37,808 nucleotides of DNA from Nodosilinea sp. Lineage in GTDB: Bacteria > Cyanobacteriota > Cyanobacteriia > Phormidesmidales > Phormidesmidaceae. Shown here piece after piece: positions 17,713-26,816 of the stretch (position 1 is its first letter; each line of letters begins with the position of its first letter). A model generated the notes under the pieces. The model was not told the DNA's origin and did not search any database. It saw nothing but the letters and a program-made list of their open reading frames with translations. Location: NCBI GenBank assembly GCA_049646225.1, contig JBARVK010000041.1, positions 1 to 37,808 of the forward strand. The letters run 5' to 3'. The position numbers and the translations under genes are program-made.

Positions 17713-17896
17713 CGTTAAATATCGACCTCTGGTAGGGCGGGAGCATCTGCTGACATAGCGTTAGCTCTAGCTAAATCAGGGCAGTGGGATGCTGCTCACA
17801 ACTGCAAATAATCTAGACAAGACTGGGGTCAGCGTAGCTACATATTTTTGCCATCCCCAGAAGTCATTGGCGAGCTGGACGAAACCCTGGGAGTCA

Positions 17897-18514
17897 TCAT
17901 GATTCAGGGGGTAGCAATGGCGTACGGCGATTGTGGCGTAGAGCCAGCAATCGATACATCACCATACCTGTCATGGTGGCAGAAATGCCCCACATCATGG
18001 CGATCGCCACCGAGCTCGTCAAAATCAATCCGGTGGTTGTATGGCCGATAGCTCGGCTAACGGAACCCAAAACAAACCAGCCCAGCCCCCAACTAACCGC
18101 ACCGCTAATGACTTGAACTAAAACCCACCAGGCCATGCCAGAAATCTGGGTATAAAAGACCAGCCCTTGAATACCACCGACTATCATGCCTCCTACGGCC
18201 CCACTCATGACTAAGCTGCTGTGAAAGGCAACATAAGGCCGTACCAGGCTGCTCAGCACCACTCCTAACATCGTGGACAGAGTCCATCGCACCGTCCCCG
18301 AAGCCCCCAACCGCAGCATTGAACCCTGCAAGAGACCGACTGCAGCTCCTAGAACGTAGGGAGTAATTCGGGGTTGCTCAGTGGGGACGCTGATTATGGC
18401 TAATCCACAACCTAAAACCGTCAGGCCAACCCATAGGGAGCAGAACTTCCAGGCCCTGTGGGGGGGATAACTGACGGCCAAAAATAGGGGGCGATTAAGG
18501 GCAGAAAAATTCAT
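17897..18514 (-). CDS. Hypothetical multi-pass membrane protein
   Basis: Gly-rich hydrophobic helices with repeated G..VG..Q motifs (GAAVGLLQ, GMIVGGIQ); likely start ATG 18514. Confidence 0.6.
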   Translation of the reverse strand: MNFSALNRPLFLAVSYPPHRAWKFCSLWVGLTVLGCGLAIISVPTEQPRITPYVLGAAVGLLQGSMLRLGASGTVRWTLSTMLGVVLSSLVRPYVAFHSSLVMSGAVGGMIVGGIQGLVFYTQISGMAWWVLVQVISGAVSWGLGWFVLGSVSRAIGHTTTGLILTSSVAIAMMWGISATMTGMVMYRLLALRHNRRTPLLPPES

Positions 18515-18785
18515 AAGGATGTTGTTGAGGTAACGTTGAATCGGGGACGATACCGTCGGTGGCGACTCTACTCGCCTGCCCTGCCAGTAGCATACCCTGG
18601 CCTCTTGAGCCCATAGCGTGATGTGTAACCACAAAACCCACAGGCAAGACCCCATAAACCGTTACCCTAACCTGCGGCGGCGCATAACACTTTTTACGAT
18701 GCCGCGAAGAAATGCAAAACCTCCCATCCTTAGTTGGTAAGCTGAAGGTTTGTTTCTTCATTTGCAGAGTTGGGCAGTAGCAGGC

Positions 18786-19934
18786 ATGGATAACAAGTTA
18801 ATGCTGATGATTCCGGGGCCGACCCCCGTGCCAGAGCAGGTGTTAATGGCCATGGCCAAGCACCCCATGGGCCACCGCAGCGGTGAGTTTAGCGCCATCA
18901 TGGCCGAGGTTACCGAAAACCTTAAGTGGCTGCACCAGACCCAAAACGACGTGCTGGTGCTGGCCGCTAGCGGTACCGGGGCCATGGAAGCGGGCATCAT
19001 CAACTTCCTCAGCGCGGGCGACAAGGTGCTGGTGGGCAACAACGGCAAATTTGGCGAACGCTGGGGCGACGTGGCCCGCGCCTACGGCCTTGATGCCCAT
19101 GAAATTACCGCCGAGTGGGGCAAACCCCTCAACCCCGACGACTTCAAGGCGGCCCTGGAAGCTGACATCGCCAAAGACATCAAGGCGGTGATTATCACCC
19201 ACAGCGAAACCTCGACCGGGGTGCTCAATGACCTAGAAACTATCAATCGCTACGTCAAAGCCCACGGCGCGCTGATCATGGTCGATGCCGTAACCAGCCT
19301 TGGGGCTTGCTCGGTACCTGTGGATGAATGGGGCCTGGATGTGGTGGCTTCGGGCTCTCAAAAGGGCTACATGATTCCGCCCGGTTTGGCCTTTGTCAGC
19401 GTCAGCGCCAAGGCTTGGGAGGCTTACGAAACGGCGACCCTACCCAAGTACTACCTCGACCTCAAGCCCTACAGCAAAGGAGCCGCTAAGAATACGACTC
19501 CCTTTACGCCGCCCGTGAACTTGTTCTTTGCCCTCCAGGCCGCTCTGAAAATGATGCAGAAAGAGGGGCTAGAGGCGATCTTTACCCGACACGATCGCCA
19601 GAAACGAGCTACCCGCGCCGCTATGGCGGCCCTCAATCTGCCGCTGTTTGGGGCCGACGACTGCGCTAGCCCGGCCATCACCGCCGTTATGCCTCAGGGG
19701 GTGGATGCCGAGCAGATTCGTTCGGTGATGAAGAAGCAGTTTGACATTGTCCTCGCCGGGGGTCAGGATCATTTAAAGGGTAAGATTTTTCGGATTGGTC
19801 ACCTGGGCTTTGTGTGCGATCGCGACATACTCACCGCCGTTGCCGCTTTAGAATCTACCCTCACCCACCTGGGCTATGATCAGTTCACCCCTGGTGCCGG
19901 GGTCAACGCCGCTGGGCAGGTGCTGCTGGCTTAG
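18786..19934 (+). CDS. Class V PLP aminotransferase (alanine/serine-glyoxylate aminotransferase; 'soluble hydrogenase 42 kDa subunit' family)
   Basis: LMIPGPTP, SGTGAME, HSETSTG, VDAVTS, GSQKG (PLP Lys), FRIGHLG. Confidence 0.93.
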   Translation: MDNKLMLMIPGPTPVPEQVLMAMAKHPMGHRSGEFSAIMAEVTENLKWLHQTQNDVLVLAASGTGAMEAGIINFLSAGDKVLVGNNGKFGERWGDVARAYGLDAHEITAEWGKPLNPDDFKAALEADIAKDIKAVIITHSETSTGVLNDLETINRYVKAHGALIMVDAVTSLGACSVPVDEWGLDVVASGSQKGYMIPPGLAFVSVSAKAWEAYETATLPKYYLDLKPYSKGAAKNTTPFTPPVNLFFALQAALKMMQKEGLEAIFTRHDRQKRATRAAMAALNLPLFGADDCASPAITAVMPQGVDAEQIRSVMKKQFDIVLAGGQDHLKGKIFRIGHLGFVCDRDILTAVAALESTLTHLGYDQFTPGAGVNAAGQVLLA

Positions 19935-19958
19935 GACTAAGTACTGTGGATCAGCATT

Positions 19959-19989
19959 AGACCCCAGGGTTTGACAAACCCTGGGGTCT
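19959..19989. terminator. Perfect 15-bp inverted repeat, probable bidirectional terminator or small dispersed repeat
   Basis: AGACCCCAGGGTTTG-A-CAAACCCTGGGGTCT between convergent stop codons. Confidence 0.7.
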
Positions 19990-19995
19990 TGTCAT

Positions 19996-20667
19996 TTATA
20001 GTTTTGGCAGCTCGGTATCGAGGCCAAAGGCCTGGGCAGGTGGGAGTTGTAGTACGCTGAGCAACCCGTCGAGCATGTACTGCACCGCCAGCGCCGCCAG
20101 CAACACCCCCAGCACGCGGGTGACTACGTTGATGCCAATCTGGCCCAGCACCTTACCCAGGGGCTGCGACAGCAGCAGAAAAATGTAGCACAGAATCAGC
20201 ACTACACCCGCCGCCGCCAGCACTACGCTGAGGCCCAGGTAATAGTTGGTCGACTCCCGTGATAGCACCAAAATGCTGGCCAAACTGCCCGGGCCCGCAA
20301 TCAGCGGAATCGCTAGGGGAAATACGCTAACGTCCTGGCGGGCTTCGGCCTCTTCGGCCTCGGCCTTGGTCTCCCGCTCCTGCTGTACGAAGATCATATC
20401 CAGGGCAATCTTAAACAGTAATACCCCTGCCGCAATCTGAAAGGCCTGCAGGCTAATGCCCAGGTTGTGCAGCACGTAGGCCCCAGTTAGCCCAAAGACC
20501 AAGAGAATAACCGCCGATACAACCACGGCTCGGGTAGCAATTTGGGTTTGCTCGGCTTCGCTGCGATCGCTGACCAGAGCCAAGTACAACGGCGTTAACC
20601 CCACCGGGTCGATCACGACAAACAGAGTAAAAAAGGCCTTGGCAAACAGCGGTAAAACAAGAGGCAT
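19996..20667 (-). CDS. MarC family membrane protein
   Basis: LFVVIDPVG, FQIAAG, VFPLAIPLIAGPG, TRVLGVLLAALAVQ. Confidence 0.92.
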   Translation of the reverse strand: MPLVLPLFAKAFFTLFVVIDPVGLTPLYLALVSDRSEAEQTQIATRAVVVSAVILLVFGLTGAYVLHNLGISLQAFQIAAGVLLFKIALDMIFVQQERETKAEAEEAEARQDVSVFPLAIPLIAGPGSLASILVLSRESTNYYLGLSVVLAAAGVVLILCYIFLLLSQPLGKVLGQIGINVVTRVLGVLLAALAVQYMLDGLLSVLQLPPAQAFGLDTELPKL

Positions 20668-20745
20668 AGGGGCGTCTGAGAGATTCCCTAAAATCTAGCG
20701 CCGTTTGGGAGCGGTGGCACGTCCTAACGGGGTTGACATTCAATA

Positions 20746-20817
20746 AGCGGGTAACGCGATTCGAACGCGCGACATTCACCTTGGCAAGGTGACGCTCTAC
20801 CACTGAGCTATACCCGC
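20746..20817 (-). tRNA. trnG: tRNA-Gly (GCC), CCA not encoded
   Basis: Reverse complement GCGGGTATAGCTCAGTGGTAGAGCGTCACCTTGCCAAGGTGAATGTCGCGCGTTCGAATCGCGTTACCCGCT folds as a cloverleaf with anticodon GCC. Confidence 0.97.
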
Positions 20818-20918
20818 ATAAAAACCAGAGTCGGAAGTGCTCGTTCGCTGGTTTTGACTTTATCTAGAATCTCAAAAAACGGTGACTATGTCAACATTTT
20901 TTTGAATGGATTTTGAGC

Positions 20919-21494
20919 TTAAACCGAGTCCGACTCGGCGGCAACAACTGGCTGAGCTGGTACAGCAACTCCAGGCCCCAGGCGGGCTGTACCGTTACCG
21001 GCACCACTGCCCATCACCGAGTGAATTTGCCCCATCAGACTGGCCATTTCGAGGGCGCTCATGGCGTAGTCCCAGCCGTGGTTGGCCTTAATGCCGGCCC
21101 GCTCTAGGGCCTGCTGCAGGGTGTCGGTGGTGAGTACGCCAAAAATGATCGGCACCCCGGTTTGAAACCCAGCGGCGGCTACCCCTTTGGCCACCTCTGC
21201 CGCCACGTAGTCAAAGTGGGGCGTAGAGCCGCGAATGACGGCCCCCAAGCAAATAATAGCGTTGTAGCGGCCGCTGAGCGCTAGCTGCCTCGCTACCAGA
21301 GAAATCTCAAAGCTACCGGGCACCCAGGCATAGTCAACTTGGGTACCCTCGGGGTTGACATCGATACCGTGGCGCTTGAGGCAGTCTTGGCAGCCCTCCA
21401 GCAGTTTGCCCGTAACTAAATCGTTGAATCGGCCCAGCACGATGGCAAACCGGGGAGACCCTGTGATAACTAATGTGCCCTCAAATACCGCCAT
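20919..21494 (-). CDS. ribH: 6,7-dimethyl-8-ribityllumazine synthase
   Basis: [37 protein letters not shown]. Confidence 0.96.
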   Translation of the reverse strand: MAVFEGTLVITGSPRFAIVLGRFNDLVTGKLLEGCQDCLKRHGIDVNPEGTQVDYAWVPGSFEISLVARQLALSGRYNAIICLGAVIRGSTPHFDYVAAEVAKGVAAAGFQTGVPIIFGVLTTDTLQQALERAGIKANHGWDYAMSALEMASLMGQIHSVMGSGAGNGTARLGPGVAVPAQPVVAAESDSV

Positions 21495-21508
21495 AAATTA
21501 ATGAGTAT

Positions 21509-21697
21509 CTAGACAACAAAGTAGTTGAGGCCGCCAACTACGACCACCAGCAAGCCCCAAATAATCGAGCCAAACAAAATAAGTCGTTTAGACTGGTCCC
21601 AGTCCTGGGGAGAGGCGTAGGCCACGGGCACATACACCACCAGCACAAAAGACATCAGCACTAGGGCAAACAGCGCGAGTTGAAACAGAATGACCAT
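21509..21697 (-). CDS. psbZ: Photosystem II protein Z
   Basis: 62 aa, two TM helices, [22 protein letters not shown]; psbZ-ribH synteny. Confidence 0.96.
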   Translation of the reverse strand: MVILFQLALFALVLMSFVLVVYVPVAYASPQDWDQSKRLILFGSIIWGLLVVVVGGLNYFVV

Positions 21698-21842
21698 TGG
21701 TTTATCTTTGCTCTCTCAAACACAGCAGCGGAGACGGCGGTAAGCAACCTGGCAAAAAGCCCAAAGCGAGGTTAACAGCCACACTACTCTAACCAGTACG
21801 CTATCAGAAAGAGGCACCTCCGAAAAGCATGGCATCAAAAGT

Positions 21843-24638
21843 ATGGATTTAGTGCTCTGTCACACCACCGCCGACTTCGACACCCTGGGGGCTGCTGTGG
21901 GTCTAGCCCGCCTACAGCCAGGGCGGCGAATTGTGGTGACTGGAGGCTGTCATCCTACGGTTCAGCGATTCTTAGCCCTTCACCGCGACGAGTATCCGCT
22001 GATCGAGCGGCGGGCGGTAGATCCTAGCCATATTCATCATCTCACCCTGGTCGATGCCCAAGCGCCCGAGCGATTTGGCCCGGCGGCCGATTGGGTGACC
22101 CAGGCTGTGGCAAATCAGGTACCCATTGATGTCTACGACCACCACCCCAGCGGCAAGGAACCAGCTGTTGGGGTGGCCCAAGGGCATGTCTACAGAATTG
22201 AACCCGTCGGGGCCGCTACTACGCTGGTGGTAGAAGTGCTGCGGCAGAGCCAGATTGAGCCTACGGTGGCTGAGGCCACGGTCATGGCCCTAGGTATTCA
22301 TGTGGATACGGGATCGCTGCTGTACGAGACCGCCACCGCTCGCGATGCCGCAGCCCTGGCCTGGCTGATGGCCCACGGGGCCAGCCTGTCGGTGATTGCT
22401 GACTTTGTCGAACCAGGGCTCAGCCCGGTGCTGCAAGACCTGCTAACAGAGGCTCTAGCGGCGCTACAGGTGGAAACGGTGGAGGGTCACCGCCTGGTCT
22501 GGGTACTGCTCAAGGTCGATCGCTACCTGCCGGGGCTATCGGGGCTGGCCGAACGGTTGATGTCGCTGGCCGATGCCGATGCCCTGTTGTTTGGAGCTTA
22601 CTATCCCAGCCAGGAAAAGGGCTCCGCTCAGAGATCAGAGTCCTCAGAAGGCCTCCCCGACCAAACCCCTAATCAACCAATTCCTCAAAAACTAACCCTG
22701 ATCAGTCGGGCTCGGGGTCGACTGGGCGATCGCCTAAACTGGGGCGCTCTTTTGACCCCTCTGGGCGGCGGCGGGCACCCCACTGCCGCCTCGGCCACCA
22801 TGACCACGCCGGAACCGGTGGTCGTGGTGCAGCGGTTGATTGACCAGGCGCGATCGCAGCTGCCGCCGCAGCCCACCGCTCGTGATTTGATGTCGTCGCC
22901 AGTGCGCACTATTCGTCCCGATACCACCATTCGCGAGGCCCAGCGCATTTTGCTGCGCTACGGCCACTCGGGCCTGTCGGTGGTGGACGAGGGCGATCGC
23001 CTGGTCGGCATTATCTCCCGCCGCGATTTAGACCTGGCTCTTCACCACGGCTTTAGCCATGCCCCGGTGAAGGGCTATATGGCCACCAACCTTAGAACCG
23101 TGACCCCAGACACCCCCCTGGCTGAGATCAAACACCTGATGGTGACCTACGACATTGGCCGTCTGCCGGTATTGCAGGAAGGAGGGCTGGTCGGCATCGT
23201 GACCCGCACCGATCTGCTGCGCCACCTCCACCAGGAGCCAGCTTTCACCACCGCTGAGCCAACCCTGCCTGGGCCAACGGCGGCTACCCTGCAAAACACC
23301 CTACAAACCAACCTGTCAACCGATTTGCAGGCTATTTTGCAGCAGATCACGGCTGCAGCCCAGGACCGAGGCTGGCACCTCTACCTGGTGGGCGGAGCCG
23401 TGCGCGACCTGCTGATCTGCAGCGATCGCGCCTCGACTGCCCTGCCTGACATCGATCTGGTTGTCGATGGCGGTCTTAATCCGGTTCAGGTTGGGGCTGG
23501 GGTTGAACTGGCGGCGGCGATCGAACAGCATTTCCCCGAGGTCGATGTACAGGTGCACGGGCGGTTTCAGACGGCCTCCCTGGTGTGGCGCAAAGATCTC
23601 AGCGATGTCCTGGCCGGGCTGATGATTGACATTGCGACGGCTCGCACCGAGTTTTACCCCTACCCAGCGGCCAATCCCGAGGTCGAAGCCAGCTCTATTC
23701 AGCAAGATCTGTATCGCCGCGACTTTACGATCAACGCCCTGGCCCTGCGGCTGACTTCGCCGGGGGCTGGGCAGCTGCTGGATTATTTTGGCGGCCTGAT
23801 GGACCTACAGCAGGGGATCGTTCGCGTTCTGCACGCCAACAGCTTTATTGAAGACCCCACCCGTATCTTTCGGGCAGTGCGGTTTGCGGTACGCCTCGGG
23901 TTTAGCCTCGATTCTCAGACCGAGGGCTATATTCACCACGCTCTGGCCAGCGGGGCTTACACCCAAATGCAGCGCCAGGTCAAACGCGCTCCGGCCCTGC
24001 AAACCCGGCTCAAAAACGAGCTGAAGTACATCCTCGAAGCACCCTACTGGCAGATCGCCCTGGCCCTACTCGACCAGCTCCAGGCCCTGCGCTGTCTGGA
24101 CGACGATCTGGCCATGACCCCCACGCTGTGGCGGCAGCTGCGGCGGCTCAGCCGCTGGCTAGAGCGCTTTGATTGGGTCGATGTGGGGCCGCCCTGGCTA
24201 CTGCGGCTGGAGGGGCTGCTGGCTGCGGTGCCCCTGGAGGCGCGCTCGACCCTGGCCGCCGATTTACACCTGGGCGATCGCTCCCTTGAGCGTCTCCAGC
24301 ATCTAGACGACCGTGAGCATCACTGGCAAACCCTGGTTGCCGCCGACCCTGCTCCCAGCGTGCTCTACGCGGCCTTTAGCCAAGCCGATACCGCTACCCT
24401 GCTGCTCGCCAGCGCCCGCCACCCCCGCACGTTGGGACCCGTAATCTGGCGATATCTGCGGCAGTGGGCCGTCGCCCCAGCTCTGATCGACGGCAATCAG
24501 CTAAAAGCGCTGGGCTACCGACCAGGGCCTCACTTTCGGCCCATGCTGGAGGCCCTATTTGCCGCCCAACTCGACGGCGATATCGCTACCCCAGCCGAGG
24601 CTGAAGCCTTTTTAGCCCAGCGCTATCCCAGACATTAA
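21843..24638 (+). CDS. DHH-CBS-tRNA nucleotidyltransferase (probably the A-adding type)
   Basis: HTTADFD, YDHH, GGGGH, tandem CBS domains, LVGGAVRD, DIDLVV, RRDFTINA, EDPTRIFRA. Confidence 0.9.
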   Translation: MDLVLCHTTADFDTLGAAVGLARLQPGRRIVVTGGCHPTVQRFLALHRDEYPLIERRAVDPSHIHHLTLVDAQAPERFGPAADWVTQAVANQVPIDVYDHHPSGKEPAVGVAQGHVYRIEPVGAATTLVVEVLRQSQIEPTVAEATVMALGIHVDTGSLLYETATARDAAALAWLMAHGASLSVIADFVEPGLSPVLQDLLTEALAALQVETVEGHRLVWVLLKVDRYLPGLSGLAERLMSLADADALLFGAYYPSQEKGSAQRSESSEGLPDQTPNQPIPQKLTLISRARGRLGDRLNWGALLTPLGGGGHPTAASATMTTPEPVVVVQRLIDQARSQLPPQPTARDLMSSPVRTIRPDTTIREAQRILLRYGHSGLSVVDEGDRLVGIISRRDLDLALHHGFSHAPVKGYMATNLRTVTPDTPLAEIKHLMVTYDIGRLPVLQEGGLVGIVTRTDLLRHLHQEPAFTTAEPTLPGPTAATLQNTLQTNLSTDLQAILQQITAAAQDRGWHLYLVGGAVRDLLICSDRASTALPDIDLVVDGGLNPVQVGAGVELAAAIEQHFPEVDVQVHGRFQTASLVWRKDLSDVLAGLMIDIATARTEFYPYPAANPEVEASSIQQDLYRRDFTINALALRLTSPGAGQLLDYFGGLMDLQQGIVRVLHANSFIEDPTRIFRAVRFAVRLGFSLDSQTEGYIHHALASGAYTQMQRQVKRAPALQTRLKNELKYILEAPYWQIALALLDQLQALRCLDDDLAMTPTLWRQLRRLSRWLERFDWVDVGPPWLLRLEGLLAAVPLEARSTLAADLHLGDRSLERLQHLDDREHHWQTLVAADPAPSVLYAAFSQADTATLLLASARHPRTLGPVIWRYLRQWAVAPALIDGNQLKALGYRPGPHFRPMLEALFAAQLDGDIATPAEAEAFLAQRYPRH

Positions 24639-24748
24639 ACAGGCCTAGACCGGCCCTAGAGCAAAGCAACCAATTATTGGCACACCCCAGCTCTGCACCG
24701 ATTAAGAACGGGGTACAGTGGCAAAGATATTGATCGGTCCTGTTTTGT

Positions 24749-26257
24749 ATGACCCTAGCCGTGGGCACCGCTCTGCACAATGGCACCTACGCGATCGATG
24801 CGTGGGTGACCGACGACGCCATTGGCCCCGTGTATTTAGCCATGGATGTCCCTCGGGGGCAGTGGGTACAGCTGCGAGTGCTGGGCAGCCGCAATCCGGA
24901 AACTCTGCCCGACGTCGCCGATCGGCAGGCGTTTTATCGCTACCTCGATCAGGTAAATGGGCTAAAGCATGGGGCCTTGCCCCAGCATTTGGGTGGGTTT
25001 GAAGAGGGAGGCGTTTGCTACCAAGTCTTCAGCACTCCCCCTGGCACCCCCCTCGATCGTCTGATCGCAGAACAGGCGGCCCTGTCTCCTCGCGCTAGCT
25101 TGGCGATCCTGCGCCAGCTCATGGAGATGCTCGCTAGTCTGCGTCCTTTGGGCTGGGCCGGGCTGCGGCTTACCCCCGACCAGGTATGGTATGCCCCAGA
25201 TACACAAACCCTGACGTTTACAGGCTTTGACCTGGCATCCATAGTCCCACCTGAGCCAGAGGTTGGCGATAATCGCCCGATCGCCCCGGCAGAAACAGCC
25301 CTGGTGCAGGGGCTCAGCCATCTTCTATATTGCTTGCTCACGGGGCAACGGGCCGAGTCTACCCAGGCCCCTCTGGCCGTAGAGCTACGCCGTTGTCACC
25401 CCGCCTTACCCACCAGCCTGGATGCTGCCCTAGAGGCCGGTAGTCCTCCCGCCGGACGAATGCCCAGCCTTTCGCTCAGCGAGTGGGGAGCGTTGCTGCC
25501 CCTGAGCGCTCAACTCCCCACCGGCCCAACGTCCAAGACCTTAACGCCCCACCACCTATCACCCCTGCCCTCGACGGAACCCGCTACGGGGGGCGGCTCA
25601 GGCCTCACCGTCCCCACCGAGTCGCTAGAGCCGCAGGTCAACCGCCGCGATCGCCCCCTCCCCGTCGAGGGCTCTCCGCCTCGGCGGCGGTCTGCTGTTG
25701 CTCTGGCGCTCGTGTTCACGGGGGTAGCTGCTACCGCTAGCGGTCTAGGTTTCGGTCTCTATGCCCGCCTGCTGCCCGCTAATTCCGCTGGTTCAGATCG
25801 GCTAAATCCCAATCAGTCATTTCCCCCTTTACCTGACTGGAACGGTGGTGAAGCCTGGCAGCCCTGGGACGATGCTCCGGCTCTGCGCAGCCGTCCTGAC
25901 TACGGCCATACTCCGTCCTCCGGCTCTGAACCAGTGCCCACCTTTATTCCCGACCACCAGGAGCCTGCGGCACCGCCCCCGGCTGTGTCCCAGCCCACCC
26001 CCAGCCCCGACCCGATCGCCTCTCCCGAGCAGCCTTTGCAGGCTCCGGTCGAGCCCTGGGCTCAGCCGTTACCGGATCCAGAATCTCCAATCAATCCCAC
26101 CCCCCTCCCCAACATTGCTCCAGCCCCGGCACCCGAGCCCCTGGCCCCGCCGCCTCCGCTCGAAGCACCGTCCTTAAAAGCTCCAGCCGACGGAGCGGCT
26201 CCGCCACCACTCATCGCGCCGCCTCGGCCTGTGGCTCCGGCCCCGGCCTCTAGCTAG
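24749..26257 (+). CDS. Kinase-fold protein lacking catalytic motifs, with TM helix and Pro-rich tail
   Basis: N-terminus parallels the Hanks kinase layout (GTALHNGTYAI...VYLAMD...FEEGGVCYQV...LTPDQV...LLYCLLTG); TM AVALALVFTGVAATASGLGFGLY; Pro-rich C-terminus. Confidence 0.7.
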   Translation: MTLAVGTALHNGTYAIDAWVTDDAIGPVYLAMDVPRGQWVQLRVLGSRNPETLPDVADRQAFYRYLDQVNGLKHGALPQHLGGFEEGGVCYQVFSTPPGTPLDRLIAEQAALSPRASLAILRQLMEMLASLRPLGWAGLRLTPDQVWYAPDTQTLTFTGFDLASIVPPEPEVGDNRPIAPAETALVQGLSHLLYCLLTGQRAESTQAPLAVELRRCHPALPTSLDAALEAGSPPAGRMPSLSLSEWGALLPLSAQLPTGPTSKTLTPHHLSPLPSTEPATGGGSGLTVPTESLEPQVNRRDRPLPVEGSPPRRRSAVALALVFTGVAATASGLGFGLYARLLPANSAGSDRLNPNQSFPPLPDWNGGEAWQPWDDAPALRSRPDYGHTPSSGSEPVPTFIPDHQEPAAPPPAVSQPTPSPDPIASPEQPLQAPVEPWAQPLPDPESPINPTPLPNIAPAPAPEPLAPPPPLEAPSLKAPADGAAPPPLIAPPRPVAPAPASS

Positions 26258-26369
26258 TCACTCTGGCCCAGCACTCCAAAATTTACCTGAATATCTGCCC
26301 GGTGTTAGATGAATAAGAACGTTATAATTCTCTACAGTCAGTAATCTAGTTACCTGTTTGAGGTTTGCC

Positions 26370-26693
26370 ATGAGTAGCCCTGTGCTGCACGCATTTTACG
26401 TCGGTCGCGCCCTGGCCGATGCGGTCAATGAGCGGGCTGAGCGGCTGCTAACCGATGGCTTGAGTCTGGTCGGTAAGTTTGATGCCGAGCAGCGGGAATA
26501 CTTTCGACAGTTCACTGAAGAGGTCATGGTTCGGGCCCAACAGGCTGAGGCTGAAGCAGGTGTTTCCTACTCGGCTACCGCTGCTGGGGCGAGTTCTGTG
26601 AGCGATCTCCAGGCCACTGTTGATACGCTGCGCGCCGAAATTGCTCAAGTAAGGGTTGCCCTGCAGCAGTATCGGGCTACCTCCCAGGTCTAA
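26370..26693 (+). CDS. Conserved cyanobacterial coiled-coil protein (Sll1769/DUF6825-like)
   Basis: AFYVGRALA, GKFDAEQRE, DLQATVDTLRAEIAQ; upstream of the ABC1 kinase. Confidence 0.8.
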   Translation: MSSPVLHAFYVGRALADAVNERAERLLTDGLSLVGKFDAEQREYFRQFTEEVMVRAQQAEAEAGVSYSATAAGASSVSDLQATVDTLRAEIAQVRVALQQYRATSQV

Positions 26694-26816
26694 AAAAACT
26701 ACAGCTAGCCTAGAATTTAACTCACCCTGAGCCGTTGTTCTGCCCGCTGTCGGGTTGGCGGCGGGATCAGTTCCTAACGCCGCTGTCGCCCCTGTTTTCC
26801 TTGTCTAGGAGCCTGA

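Noticed and set aside
20690..20817. tRNA-Gly 3' end as an integration site for a genomic island
   Set aside because: No integrase, and no duplicated tRNA 3' end seen; marC follows directly.
26341..26353. NtcA-like palindrome GTAATCTAGTTAC
   Set aside because: Spacing is GTA-N7-TAC rather than N8, and it lies downstream of the apparent -10 TATAAT.
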